Origin: an uncultured bacterium
GTDB taxonomy: Bacteria; Bacteroidota; Bacteroidia; Bacteroidales; CAIWKO01
NCBI GenBank assembly: GCA_903862465.1
Contig: CAIOYH010000010.1
Coordinates: 18,998 to 82,997 of the forward strand
Direction of reading: 5' to 3'
Length of the DNA stretch: 64,000 nt
Positions 29,729 through 39,104 of this stretch are shown here, in pieces; the stretch's first letter is position 1; each line of letters opens with the position of its first letter. Made by a program: the position numbers and the translations under genes. Under the pieces are notes generated by a model, which saw nothing but the letters and a program-made list of their open reading frames with translations, ran no database searches and had not been told where the DNA came from.

Positions 29729-29913
29729 GTGGATATAGGTTTTGGTTAGTGGGTGTAAAATTACACAGAAATTCGATATCGCGCAGCAAAAAAATGATTA
29801 TCCCACGCAAATTGCTGTTTTATATAGGCATAAAACAACATAAATCGCTGCGAATCCATCGCAGATAACAAGCAAGAGCTTTCGTCCTGCACAAAAGCTC
29901 TTGCTCGTTGAGT

Positions 29914-30648
29914 TTAGCTTATCGGCAAAATTTGCCGAATGCTCCAATCCCCTGCCAGTTCAGGATGTTGGAGATTAATCCAACGTCCCCATAAGTAAAG
30001 CTCAAAGCCGGCAAAGTCTTCCGTCAACTCTATACGGAAACGTGTAGAAGTGACGATGGAAGTGGTAGTCCCATCATTCGGACCACTACATTTTTCTTTT
30101 ACCAAGCCTTTGTATTCTTCAGGAATATCAAATTTGCCTTTTACGACAGCATGGCGCAATTCCAAAGCGTTTGCACCTTCAGGAAGCGCGTGGCTTTTGG
30201 TTTCGTTGTCTATACGGGCTATTCCCTTGAACACACCATTAGGATGCGGAGTGGCAATCACCACACAATCATCACCAATTTTAGTTGTTGGATGTGTTAT
30301 CACCTTTGTCAAGCCGGTCTTCCTATTGAAAGCGGCTCTATCCTCATTCGTCCATTTCTCTGCAGGAATATTATTGACAATGAGAATAAGCAGCGACTTA
30401 ATATCGCTTGTTACGTTACGCAGATTTGCTGATATTACGGCGGGTTTTCTGCCTGTAGCTTCATCATATTTCTTTTTACAATAGAGATAGGTGCCTACGG
30501 TTGTATCATCACCATATAAAGCTTGAAGAAGGCTTACACGGGTGGATAATATACCGAGTCGCGTAGCGTTTAAAACGATATAGGCTACTATTACGAATAA
30601 AAAGACCTGCCACCCGGGTATGTTTGTTGGAAAAGTTTTCTTTGTCAT
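29914..30648 (-). CDS. Orphan hypothetical protein (N-terminal TM helix, FN3-like C-terminus); paralogue of 11546-12286; preceded by 21-bp array C
   Basis: 244 aa. TNIPGWQVFLFVIVAYIVL anchor, WTNEDRAAF, ALPEG, and C-terminus FELYLWGRWINLQHPELAGDWSIRQILPI. Confidence 0.7.
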   Translation of the reverse strand: MTKKTFPTNIPGWQVFLFVIVAYIVLNATRLGILSTRVSLLQALYGDDTTVGTYLYCKKKYDEATGRKPAVISANLRNVTSDIKSLLILIVNNIPAEKWTNEDRAAFNRKTGLTKVITHPTTKIGDDCVVIATPHPNGVFKGIARIDNETKSHALPEGANALELRHAVVKGKFDIPEEYKGLVKEKCSGPNDGTTTSIVTSTRFRIELTEDFAGFELYLWGRWINLQHPELAGDWSIRQILPIS

Positions 30649-30849
30649 TTCTTATAAATTTAAAATGGTTTGTAGTATTATTGAATTTACATAAGCTCGT
30701 AAGCTTAGGTTGTAATCTATACTTGGGGATTTCTATCCGATGTTGGACTGCGGATAAAATGAGATAGATATAAACTAAGGTAGTTCTGTATCAATATAGT
30801 ATATATCGTATAGCGTAGGAATTGCATTGCATAAAGCTGAAATTGGGTT

Positions 30850-31164
30850 GAAACTAGCAAGAATTTGACCGGAACTAGCCTGACTGAAACTGGAACTAGA
30901 TTGACTGAAACCGGAACTAGCCTGACTGAAGATGGAACTAGCCTGACTGAAACCGGAACTAGCCTGACTAAAACCGGAACTAGCCTGACTGAAACCGGAA
31001 CTAGTGTGACTGAAGATGGAACTAGCTTGACTGAAACCGGAACTAGCCTGACTGAAACTGGAACTAGCCTGACTGAAACTGGAGCTAGCCTGACTAAAAC
31101 TGGAGCTAGCCTGACTAAAGCTAGAGCTAGCTTGACTTGAGCTGAAGCACAGCTAGCTTGTTCA
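30850..31164. repeat. Tandem array C: 13 clear units plus 2 degenerate edge units, exact 21-bp period, consensus GGAACTAGCCTGACTGAAACC
   Basis: Units start at 30871, 30892, ... 31123 with no indel. The array lies about 200 bp upstream of the ATG at 30648. Confidence 0.95.
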
Positions 31165-31891
31165 GAAGCAAGGCTGATGAAAGATAACACAAGAATACAG
31201 AAACTGAAAATCCACCCCTTCAATCCAAACAAAGAAATACTGTGAGCCGATTTAGCTCCGAAAAAACCCTTACACGACAAAAGCCTTCCCCTAAATTTAA
31301 TTTCCAACCCAAGCTTACTCATACTTGAACACGAATTAAGTTTTACAAAGATACTACAAATCATCGAGTAAGCAAGCTTTATTTTACTTATTTTCACTTC
31401 ACAAAATAGAAGCATTGATATTTAAGAAGATATAAACGCCTAAAATATGAATAAAAATAGGTTTATATCGATATACGAAGATTTAATTATAACTTCAGGT
31501 GCATTTATACAAGCTAAAGGTGATGTAATGAAGACTAAATTTGGATTTAGGTACTGAAATACCGAATTAAGGTATATAAAAGATAGAATTACACACTTTA
31601 TTGACGATTTATTTGTCTTAATGCTTATATATATACCATCATGTCCTTACAATAGCTTTAATGCATTTCATAGAAAGTAAACTCAGGGGCTAAAGCCCTA
31701 CAGTGGGGGTGATAGTTGCCCTCCTAGCCTAAAGGCTAGAGTTACTAAAAGTCTCTTTATCTAAGTAATATATATATTGAATAGCCCTAGCCTTCAGGCT
31801 AGGGATTAATGAGCCACAAGAATCTAGGGACTTTAGTCCCGAATTGCACTTCTAACTGTTTCAATACATTTAAAGAAAAGAAACCAACAAC

Positions 31892-33418
31892 CTACACCAA
31901 AGCCGTCCCCGTCATCGCTTCGGGCACTTCTATGTCCATCAATTTCAATATAGTAGGAGCCACATCCGCCAATCGCCCGTGCCGCAACGTCTTGAAATCA
32001 TCATCCAACAGAAAACACGGAACGGGGTTACAGGTATGCGCCGTGTTGGGCGTGCCGTCCGCGTTTCTAACATGCTCCGAATTGCCGTGGTCAGCCGTCA
32101 CCAGCACCGTGTAGCCGTTTCTGCGGGCGCAATCCACCACCCGTTGTGTGCAACCGTCCACCGCCTTCAATGCCGCCAAAATCGCCTCCATCACCCCCGT
32201 ATGTCCCACCATGTCGGCGTTGGCAAAATTCAAACAAATGAAGTCAAACCGTTGACTATCCAACGCTTCCACTACCTTTTCCGTTACCTCCTCCGCGCTC
32301 ATCTGCGGTTGCATATCGTAGGTCGCCACCTTGGGCGATGCCACCATGATGCGCTCCTCCCCTTCAAAAGGCAGCTCGCGTCCGCCCGAAAAGAAGAACG
32401 TCACATGCGGATATTTCTCCGTCTCGGCTATACGCAACTGTCGTTTGCCAGCCTTGCTAATCTCCTCGCCCAATGTATGTTGAAGGTCGTCGTGATCAAA
32501 AACGATGTGGATATCCTTAAACGTATCGTCGTAGCGCGTCATCGTCACATAATATAGAGGTATCGTCCGCATCCCCGCCTCGGGCATGTCCTGCTGTGTC
32601 AGCACCTTCGTGATTTCCCGCAGGCGATCTGTGCGGAAATTGCAACAAATCACCACGTCGTCCGCCGCTATCGTCGCCATCGGAGCGCCCTGAGCGTCCT
32701 CCAACACTATCGGCAGGATAAACTCATCCGTAACGCCTTCATTGTATGATGCTTTTATCGCTTCCTGCGCGTTCTGCGCCCGTCGTCCAACGCCCTCCAC
32801 CATCATATCATATCCCACCTTCACCCGCTCCCAACGCCTATCGCGATCCATCGTATAATAGCGTCCAACCACCGTTGCCACCCTCGCACCCGTCTGAGCC
32901 ACATCCTCTTGCAGCCTCTTCATATAGCCCAACCCGCCATGAGGATCCGTGTCGCGACCATCCATAATTGCGTGTATAAACACCTTATCCACAGCGGCAT
33001 CCTGCGCCAATTGGCACAACTTCGCCACATGCTCCTGCTCCGAATGAACCCCACCATCCGAGATAAGCCCAATCAGATGCACGGCTTTTTTCTCCGCTTT
33101 CGCGTAAGCAAATGCCTCATTCAGAGCAGGATTCTTGCGGATAGAGTCGTCGGCAATGGCTAAATTGATGCGCACCAGGTCTTGATAAACCACCCTGCCC
33201 GCGCCAAAATTCAAATGCCCCACCTCCGAGTTGCCCATCTGCCCTTCGGGAAGCCCGACAGCCAAACCCGAAGCATCCAAGGTGTTGTAAGCAACAGTTT
33301 TATCGTGATGCAGTCCCCGAAAAAACGGAGCATCAGCCTGATAAATCGCATTGGCGGCATCCGCAGCTCCTTCGCCCCAACCGTCCATAATGATGAGTAT
33401 GACTTTCTTTCCGTTCAT
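31892..33418 (-). CDS. gpmI: 2,3-bisphosphoglycerate-independent phosphoglycerate mutase
   Basis: 508 aa. LIIMDGWG, GNSEVGHLN and TADHGN motifs. Confidence 0.95.
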   Translation of the reverse strand: MNGKKVILIIMDGWGEGAADAANAIYQADAPFFRGLHHDKTVAYNTLDASGLAVGLPEGQMGNSEVGHLNFGAGRVVYQDLVRINLAIADDSIRKNPALNEAFAYAKAEKKAVHLIGLISDGGVHSEQEHVAKLCQLAQDAAVDKVFIHAIMDGRDTDPHGGLGYMKRLQEDVAQTGARVATVVGRYYTMDRDRRWERVKVGYDMMVEGVGRRAQNAQEAIKASYNEGVTDEFILPIVLEDAQGAPMATIAADDVVICCNFRTDRLREITKVLTQQDMPEAGMRTIPLYYVTMTRYDDTFKDIHIVFDHDDLQHTLGEEISKAGKRQLRIAETEKYPHVTFFFSGGRELPFEGEERIMVASPKVATYDMQPQMSAEEVTEKVVEALDSQRFDFICLNFANADMVGHTGVMEAILAALKAVDGCTQRVVDCARRNGYTVLVTADHGNSEHVRNADGTPNTAHTCNPVPCFLLDDDFKTLRHGRLADVAPTILKLMDIEVPEAMTGTALV

Positions 33419-33498
33419 AAGCCCATATATTTAATTAATATCCTGTTTAGATGCGCTCTAGCCTGCCTTCCAGCGATTCGTTTCGCGTGCGCATCCTC

Positions 33499-34290
33499 TT
33501 ATTTCTTCACAAAAGTAACCGATTTTGTGTCATAATTCAGCCAATATTTGCCCTTCTCCACCTCCGCCAAATCAACCTCGCTCCCCATGCCTTCCGACAC
33601 GAAATTGCCCTTCATATCAAAAATCTCATACTGCGTATCCGTCGAAAACACCAGCTTATCAGTCACTTTGTTTGACTCCAAGGTAACCTCCGCCGCCTTC
33701 GACGTATATTTCACTACCTTCGAATACACCGGATTCCCATTCGCATCATTCCGTACCACGCGCAACTGATTCACACCGCTATGTTGGTTATAACTAAACA
33801 GATACTGATCCTTCCGCAGCGTATCACTCACACTCACCTCCCCCACTTTCACCCATTTATTCCAACGAAACTGTTCCACCACAAAAGCGTCGTCCGTCAA
33901 ATCCCCCTTCGTAACCCACACTAGCGCGCCGATCCTATCCATCTTCATCGAAACATAAGAAAAACTCTCACTCACCTGCAACGCCTTCGGATTCACCACA
34001 GTAGGCTTGCAACCATCCTGATATTTAATCACCACCGTCACATCCTCGCCCACCTTCAAATTCAGCTGCGCCAAATCAATCTCAAACGCATTCGACTCAA
34101 TTTCGTCCTGCGTCGCTCGGTCGTTCACCAGCACCTGATACACACAAAAACCCTTGCCCGCCGAGGGATTCAGCACGTGCAGATTGTAGCCGTAATACGT
34201 CCCACGAAGCACCAATTCCGCGCCCGACACAGCCAAACCCATGCCCAGCACCACTATCATCAAAATCAACTTTTTCATCATCACCTTCAT
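33499..34290 (-). CDS. Secreted beta-rich hypothetical protein, probable T9SS cargo
   Basis: Start set at MKVMMKKLILMIVVLGMGLAVSG. The C-terminus YEIFDMKGNFVSEGMGSEVDLAEVEKGKYWLNYDTKSVTFVKK resembles a T9SS type A CTD. Confidence 0.65.
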   Translation of the reverse strand: MKVMMKKLILMIVVLGMGLAVSGAELVLRGTYYGYNLHVLNPSAGKGFCVYQVLVNDRATQDEIESNAFEIDLAQLNLKVGEDVTVVIKYQDGCKPTVVNPKALQVSESFSYVSMKMDRIGALVWVTKGDLTDDAFVVEQFRWNKWVKVGEVSVSDTLRKDQYLFSYNQHSGVNQLRVVRNDANGNPVYSKVVKYTSKAAEVTLESNKVTDKLVFSTDTQYEIFDMKGNFVSEGMGSEVDLAEVEKGKYWLNYDTKSVTFVKK

Positions 34291-34492
34291 ACTATATTTG
34301 TCCAAACCACAAACGTACGAAATTTTTAGAAACCCACGCCATTTCGCCCGCAATTTTTATCAAAGAATATCAACACCCTTCAAATTAACCACTGATTTAT
34401 AACTCTTTATTCCACTTTCGTGAGATGCGCCGATAGTCCCATCTCGGTCTTCCCGAATGCTGACCGCAGTCCGCTTCGCCAGCCCTACCAAC

Positions 34493-35266
34493 TCAATGTG
34501 ATACGCTACGCGAAGCCTTGCGCAATTGCCGCAGACGGGCATACTTAATGTAATTGGCATAAGCCGAGATGCGCGCAATCACCAAACCAGCGGATCCATC
34601 CAGGAAGCCTAACTTCAGGACATACATCTTAAAAAACTTCATCGCGGGCGAAATCCAGACTTTCAGGAGCATGGCTTTTCTTCCTTCGGCGAAATACGCT
34701 TGTGCCGCAATCTCCGAGAACTTCGCCACTTGATTCAAATGGTCTTGTATGGTATAGAACGAGTAATGCAAGATGTCGCCTTCCAAAAACCCCAACGAGC
34801 TGTCGGCTGTCATTTCATACTTATCGTGAGGGTTCGTGCCGCCCCATTTTCCTTTGCGGCTGTCCCACAAACGCAATTTCCTATCGGGATACCACGAGCT
34901 GTGGCGTATCCATTTCCCGCAATAGTTCGTCAAGCGATTCATGCTGTAGCCATCATGCTTCCACTCCTTTTTGGCTGCTGTAATAGACGCCTCCAAGCGC
35001 TCATCCAACGCCTCATCCGCATCCAACGAAAGCACATGCGGATACAGCGCCTGCGTAATCGCCCAATTCTTCTGCTCTATATGTCCGCCAAAGGCATGCT
35101 CCACAAAGCGGGCACCCTTCTCCAAACAAATCGCCTTCGTCTTATCCGTAGAAAAAGAATCAACCACCACCACATCGTCCGCCACATCCTTCACAGAATC
35201 CAGGCAGCGCGCGATGTTGCGCTCTTCGTTAAAGGTAATAATGACGACAGATAGTTTTGAGTCCAT
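34493..35266 (-). CDS. Family 2 glycosyltransferase
   Basis: 257 aa. LSVVIITFNEERNI, VVVDSFSTD and LSLDADE (DxD) motifs. Confidence 0.9.
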   Translation of the reverse strand: MDSKLSVVIITFNEERNIARCLDSVKDVADDVVVVDSFSTDKTKAICLEKGARFVEHAFGGHIEQKNWAITQALYPHVLSLDADEALDERLEASITAAKKEWKHDGYSMNRLTNYCGKWIRHSSWYPDRKLRLWDSRKGKWGGTNPHDKYEMTADSSLGFLEGDILHYSFYTIQDHLNQVAKFSEIAAQAYFAEGRKAMLLKVWISPAMKFFKMYVLKLGFLDGSAGLVIARISAYANYIKYARLRQLRKASRSVSH

Positions 35267-35310
35267 GGTTCAAATTGAGGAGCAAAGGTAGCGATTATGC
35301 TAAAAAACGC

Positions 35311-36495
35311 TCAATATAAAAAGTTATTATAGGGATATATCTTAGCGTGCATCGTTTTCACTTCGTCGTAGATGAGCGTCTTCAGTTCATCAAAGTGGAT
35401 CTTCTTGGTCGCAGAGATAAAGATGGCAGTCCCGGGCTTTTGCGCCATCCAGGTGTTCTGCAGTTCCTCCAGCGAGAGATTCTCTTTCCCGGCGGGCGTC
35501 AAATCGTCCTCGTGTTTTTTCACGTAGGTGTAGTTATCTATCTTGTTAAACACGGTGATCATCGGTTTGTCGTTGGCTTTGATGTCGCCCAAAGTCTGAT
35601 TCACCACATCCATCTGCTCCTCGAAGCCGGGGTGGGAGATGTCCACCACGTGTATCAACACATCCGCCTCAAACACCTCATCCAAAGTGGACTTAAACGA
35701 CTCTATCAGCGCATGCGGCAGCTTTCGTATGAACCCTACCGTGTCCGACAGCAGGAAGGGCATATTCTTCACCACCACCTTGCGCACCGTAGTGTCTAGC
35801 GTGGCAAACAGCTTATCCTCAGCAAACACCTCCGACTTGCTCAGTAGGTTCATCAGCGTGGATTTACCCGTATTGGTGTAGCCCACCAACGCCACGCGTA
35901 TCATCCCCGTGCGGTTCTTCCGCTGCGTGATTTTCTGCTTATCAATTTGTTTCAGCTTCTCCTTCAGCAGCGAAATCCGCTCCTTAATCACCCGACGGTC
36001 GGTCTCAATTTCCTTCTCCCCCGGACCTTTCATCCCGATACCGCCGCGTTGTTTCTCCAAGTGGGTCCACATCCCCGTGAGGCGTGGCAGCAGGTATTGA
36101 TATTGTGCCAATTCCACCTGAGTGCGGGCGTAGGAGGTGCGTGCCCGATAGGCAAATATGTCTAATATCAGATTGTTGCGATCGATGATGCGGATGCCCA
36201 AGGCGCGCTCGATGTTGCGTATCTGCGATGGACTCAGCTCATCATCGAACACCGCGAGGTTGATGTCGTTTTCGAGGATATAGGCGCTGATTTCCTCTAT
36301 CTTTCCCTTGCCCACGTAGGTGCGCGGCTCGGGCATGTTGAGCTTTTGCACAAATTGTTTCACGGGTATGCCGCCCGCCGTCTTCAGGAGGAAAGCAAGC
36401 TCGTCGAGATAGGCAGTAGCTTGCTCCTTATTTTGTTGTGGCGTAATCACGCCTATCAGTATGGCGCGTTCGGTCTTCAGATTTGTTTCGTTCAA
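35311..36495 (-). CDS. hflX: GTPase HflX
   Basis: 394 aa. HflX N-terminal domain (AVFDDELSPSQIRNIE) and G-domain VALVGYTNTGKSTL, DTVGF, NKID. Confidence 0.93.
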   Translation of the reverse strand: MNETNLKTERAILIGVITPQQNKEQATAYLDELAFLLKTAGGIPVKQFVQKLNMPEPRTYVGKGKIEEISAYILENDINLAVFDDELSPSQIRNIERALGIRIIDRNNLILDIFAYRARTSYARTQVELAQYQYLLPRLTGMWTHLEKQRGGIGMKGPGEKEIETDRRVIKERISLLKEKLKQIDKQKITQRKNRTGMIRVALVGYTNTGKSTLMNLLSKSEVFAEDKLFATLDTTVRKVVVKNMPFLLSDTVGFIRKLPHALIESFKSTLDEVFEADVLIHVVDISHPGFEEQMDVVNQTLGDIKANDKPMITVFNKIDNYTYVKKHEDDLTPAGKENLSLEELQNTWMAQKPGTAIFISATKKIHFDELKTLIYDEVKTMHAKIYPYNNFLY

Positions 36496-36618
36496 TGAGT
36501 AGGTAGATTAATAAATTCGTTGTTAATTGGTAATGGGTATAGGGTAAAAGGTAATTGGTATGTGCTTAATCATTTATAAATCAAAATTCATAAATCTTAA
36601 ATCAAAAATAAAAAGACT

Positions 36619-36963
36619 TCATTTTTTCTTGTTTCCGCTAGAGAAGAAAAACATCGCGATGGCGCCAAACACGAAGAACATCGCCACAGGATTGTCCTTG
36701 TTGAACCCGAAGCGCATCACCACTTCATAAATACAACCCAACAAAAGAAAGAGCGCAGACACCACCGTCAGGGCACTCTTCTTCATGAACGCACCGATGA
36801 ACAGCAACATGCTGAACAGCGCGAAGCCCGCGGCTATCCAAAACGGAATGCTGTTGAAGTCGGGCGAGCGCAAGGCTGAGAAGAACAAAACATAGACCAT
36901 CACGAGCAAAGCAATGCGAAGCATCCACGTGGATAAGGCGAAAAAAGCTTTAACAGGTTCCAT
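36619..36963 (-). CDS. Small integral membrane protein (4 predicted TM segments)
   Basis: Start moved to MEPVKAFFAL (CAT at 36961-36963). The upstream part of the ORF-track ORF is AT-rich and overlaps the smr promoter region. Confidence 0.6.
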   Translation of the reverse strand: MEPVKAFFALSTWMLRIALLVMVYVLFFSALRSPDFNSIPFWIAAGFALFSMLLFIGAFMKKSALTVVSALFLLLGCIYEVVMRFGFNKDNPVAMFFVFGAIAMFFFSSGNKKK

Positions 36964-37108
36964 ACATAAAAAGATTTGATACAAAATTAATGATTCTGCG
37001 GCATTATGCAGCAAAATTACTGAAATATTTGTGATGTCAGGCGAAAAAAGTTTCAGCGGCAGTGCATCTTTCTGCAAAATTATTGTGTGCCATGTCGGTG
37101 TTATGATG

Positions 37109-37116
37109 TATCTTTG
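37109..37116 (+). promoter_or_regulatory. Candidate -7 box TATCTTTG upstream of the Smr-domain gene
   Basis: Matches TAnnTTTG, 23 nt upstream of the ATG at 37139. Confidence 0.35.
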
Positions 37117-37138
37117 CTGCATTAATCCAAGAAAAAAG

Positions 37139-37396
37139 ATGTCGAAACTAGTATTAGATTTACACGAGATATTCAACAAAGGCTATAAGATAGACAAAGC
37201 CTTGAACGATATCATTGAAGAAGCCATTGAGCGCAAGATAGATTGGGTGGAAATCATCCCCGGCAAGGGCAGCGGACAATTGAAAAAGAAAGTGCTGCGG
37301 TTTCTCGACCAAAAGGAAATCAAAAAGCTATACCACCGCATTGAGAAAGACCGCGACAACTTCGGGAAGATATACGTGTATTTCCGTTTCGTTTAG
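37139..37396 (+). CDS. Smr (small MutS-related) domain protein
   Basis: 85 aa. LDLHE...IIPGKGSGQLKKKV is the Smr signature. Its stop codon overlaps the trpS stop codon on the other strand. Confidence 0.8.
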   Translation: MSKLVLDLHEIFNKGYKIDKALNDIIEEAIERKIDWVEIIPGKGSGQLKKKVLRFLDQKEIKKLYHRIEKDRDNFGKIYVYFRFV

Positions 37397-38388
37397 AAGG
37401 CTTTGAAGCCGATGATTTCGCGTATCTCGCGCATGGTTTTGGCAGCGCTTTCGTGGGCTTTTTCGGCTCCGAGCTTCGCCACTTTGCGCAAATAATCTTT
37501 ATCCGCAGCTAGACCACTTATCTTTTCGGAGAAAGGCGAAATGTAAGCTACCATATCCTCCGCTAATTGCTTTTTCATATCGCCATAACGTATCTGACAG
37601 GTGTTGTACAGTTCCTGAAAATGCAGTAAGGTCTCAGGCGACGACACAATCTTCATCAAACCAAAGATGTTTTCTATCGCTTGCGGCTTCGGTTGATTCG
37701 GCTCGGTAGGTCCTGCGTCGGTGGTGGCTTTCATGATCTTCTTGCGGATGGCTTCGGGCGTGTCGGCAAGGAAGATGCAGGAATTTTCGTTCTCTGATTT
37801 GCTCATCTTGAGGCTGCCATCCAAGCCGGGCACTTTTATCAAATCTTCGCCAAAGTTGAAGGCAATCGGCTCGGGGAAGTAATCCACTTTATACAAACGG
37901 TTGAGGCGATTGGCGAAGGTGCGCGTCATCTCCAAATGCTGCTCTTGGTCTTTGCCCACGGGGACTTTGGAGGCGCGATGCAGAATGATGTCAGCCGCCA
38001 TGAGGGTGGGATAGGTGAGCAGTCCGGCATTCACATTGTTTGGTTGGGTGCGGGCTTTATCTTTGAATGAGGTGCAGCGTTCCAATTCCCCCAAATAGGC
38101 GTTCATGTTGAGGAAGAGATAGAGTTCGGCGGTTTCGGGCAAGTCGCTCTGCACATAGAGTGTAGCCTTTTCGGGATTGAGACCGCAGGCGAGATATTCC
38201 ACCAAGACGTTGCGGACATTGCCATGCAAATCAGCGGGGGTAGGATGGGTGGTGAGTGAATGATAATCAGCAATGAAGAAAAAGCAACGATGCTCGTTTT
38301 GCATCTTGACAAAGTTCTGAAGGGCACCAAAATAGTTGCCCAAATGAAGGTTTCCGGTGGGGCGTATGCCACTAACTACAGTTTCCAT
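37393..38388 (-). CDS. trpS: Tryptophan--tRNA ligase
   Basis: 331 aa. GIRPTGNLHLGNYFG (HIGH-type) and KMSKS motifs. Confidence 0.95.
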   Translation of the reverse strand: METVVSGIRPTGNLHLGNYFGALQNFVKMQNEHRCFFFIADYHSLTTHPTPADLHGNVRNVLVEYLACGLNPEKATLYVQSDLPETAELYLFLNMNAYLGELERCTSFKDKARTQPNNVNAGLLTYPTLMAADIILHRASKVPVGKDQEQHLEMTRTFANRLNRLYKVDYFPEPIAFNFGEDLIKVPGLDGSLKMSKSENENSCIFLADTPEAIRKKIMKATTDAGPTEPNQPKPQAIENIFGLMKIVSSPETLLHFQELYNTCQIRYGDMKKQLAEDMVAYISPFSEKISGLAADKDYLRKVAKLGAEKAHESAAKTMREIREIIGFKAF

Positions 38389-38460
38389 AATGTGAGATTA
38401 AATATTTTGCAAAGGTACACATTTTGAAAGAAATGGGAGGGGATATTTTGATGTATTTGT

Positions 38461-38510
38461 CAATTAGTGGTCATTAAGTGGTCATTAAATTGTCATTTAT
38501 GGTCAATACT
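38461..38510. repeat. GTGGTCATTAA word block (inverted orientation relative to 13930 and 23761)
   Basis: caattagtggtcattaagtggtcattaaattgtcatttatggtcaat. Confidence 0.7.
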
Positions 38511-38521
38511 ATGCTCCTAGA

Positions 38522-38673
38522 CCCAAACACCAAGATCCAAGATCCAAGAAGGAAACCACGGAGACACGGAGACCACTAAGGATCACAAAGAAGACCAAAG
38601 CCCAAACACCATATTCCAAGAGCCAAGAAGAAACCACAAAGACACTAAGACACAAAGGTGCACAAAGAAGACC
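38522..38673. repeat. Tandem duplication of a ~79-nt purine/C-rich unit (CCCAAACACCA..CCAAGA..ACCAC..CACAAAGAAGACC)
   Basis: Copy 1 is 38522-38596 and copy 2 is 38601-38673. Both start cccaaacacca and end cacaaagaagacc. Confidence 0.75.
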
Positions 38674-38969
38674 CATAAATTTGGAATGGTAGTCGGGGCG
38701 CGACTTGGAGTCGCACTCCGACTTGCTATGTGATGCGGGAAGTGAAAACTGATAGGCATTTAATGTACGCTACTTTCAATCTAATGCACACTACTTGCCA
38801 TAAAACGCACATTGATTGTCTTGAATTAATTAAGACATTGCCATACATATCAGGCATTTGTATGATGTTAGACCTTGATGTCAGGCGACAAAACCAAGTC
38901 TCACTTGGAGGCATGCTAAACAAACAACAAGATTTCTACAACAATTTACATGTAACCTTTTAAAATTTA

Positions 38970-39009
38970 GAAACGCTATTTATCAACCAAATAGCGTTTC
39001 TTTTTTTTT
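38970..39009 (+). terminator. Strong rho-independent terminator with no annotated gene upstream
   Basis: GAAACGCTATTtatcaaccAAATAGCGTTTC followed by T9. It sits 7 nt after the stop of the weak 77-aa ORF 38730-38963. Confidence 0.8.
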
Positions 39010-39104
39010 ATTCCTTTCAGAAAATAATGAAGTGATAGCAAAAAACAAGCTTCACACACGTCTTAGGGATTAAATGATTGAATTTACTAATTAAATGATA
39101 GGTG

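Noticed and set aside
30850-31164. Interpretation of the arrays as plasmid- or oriC-type iterons.
   Set aside because: There are six separate arrays with unrelated sequences on one chromosomal segment. No rep, dnaA or par genes, DnaA boxes, or AT-rich unwinding element are adjacent. Copy numbers of 12-15 exceed those of typical iteron sets.
38690-38965. Possible tmRNA, RNase P RNA, 6S or SRP RNA in the orphan terminator-capped segment.
   Set aside because: I cannot find a tRNA-like acceptor/T-arm with a tag reading frame (tmRNA). I also cannot find GAGGAAAGTCC-type P4 sequences (RNase P) or the SRP GGAA/AGCA domain IV motif. It is left as an unclassified candidate ncRNA or small ORF.
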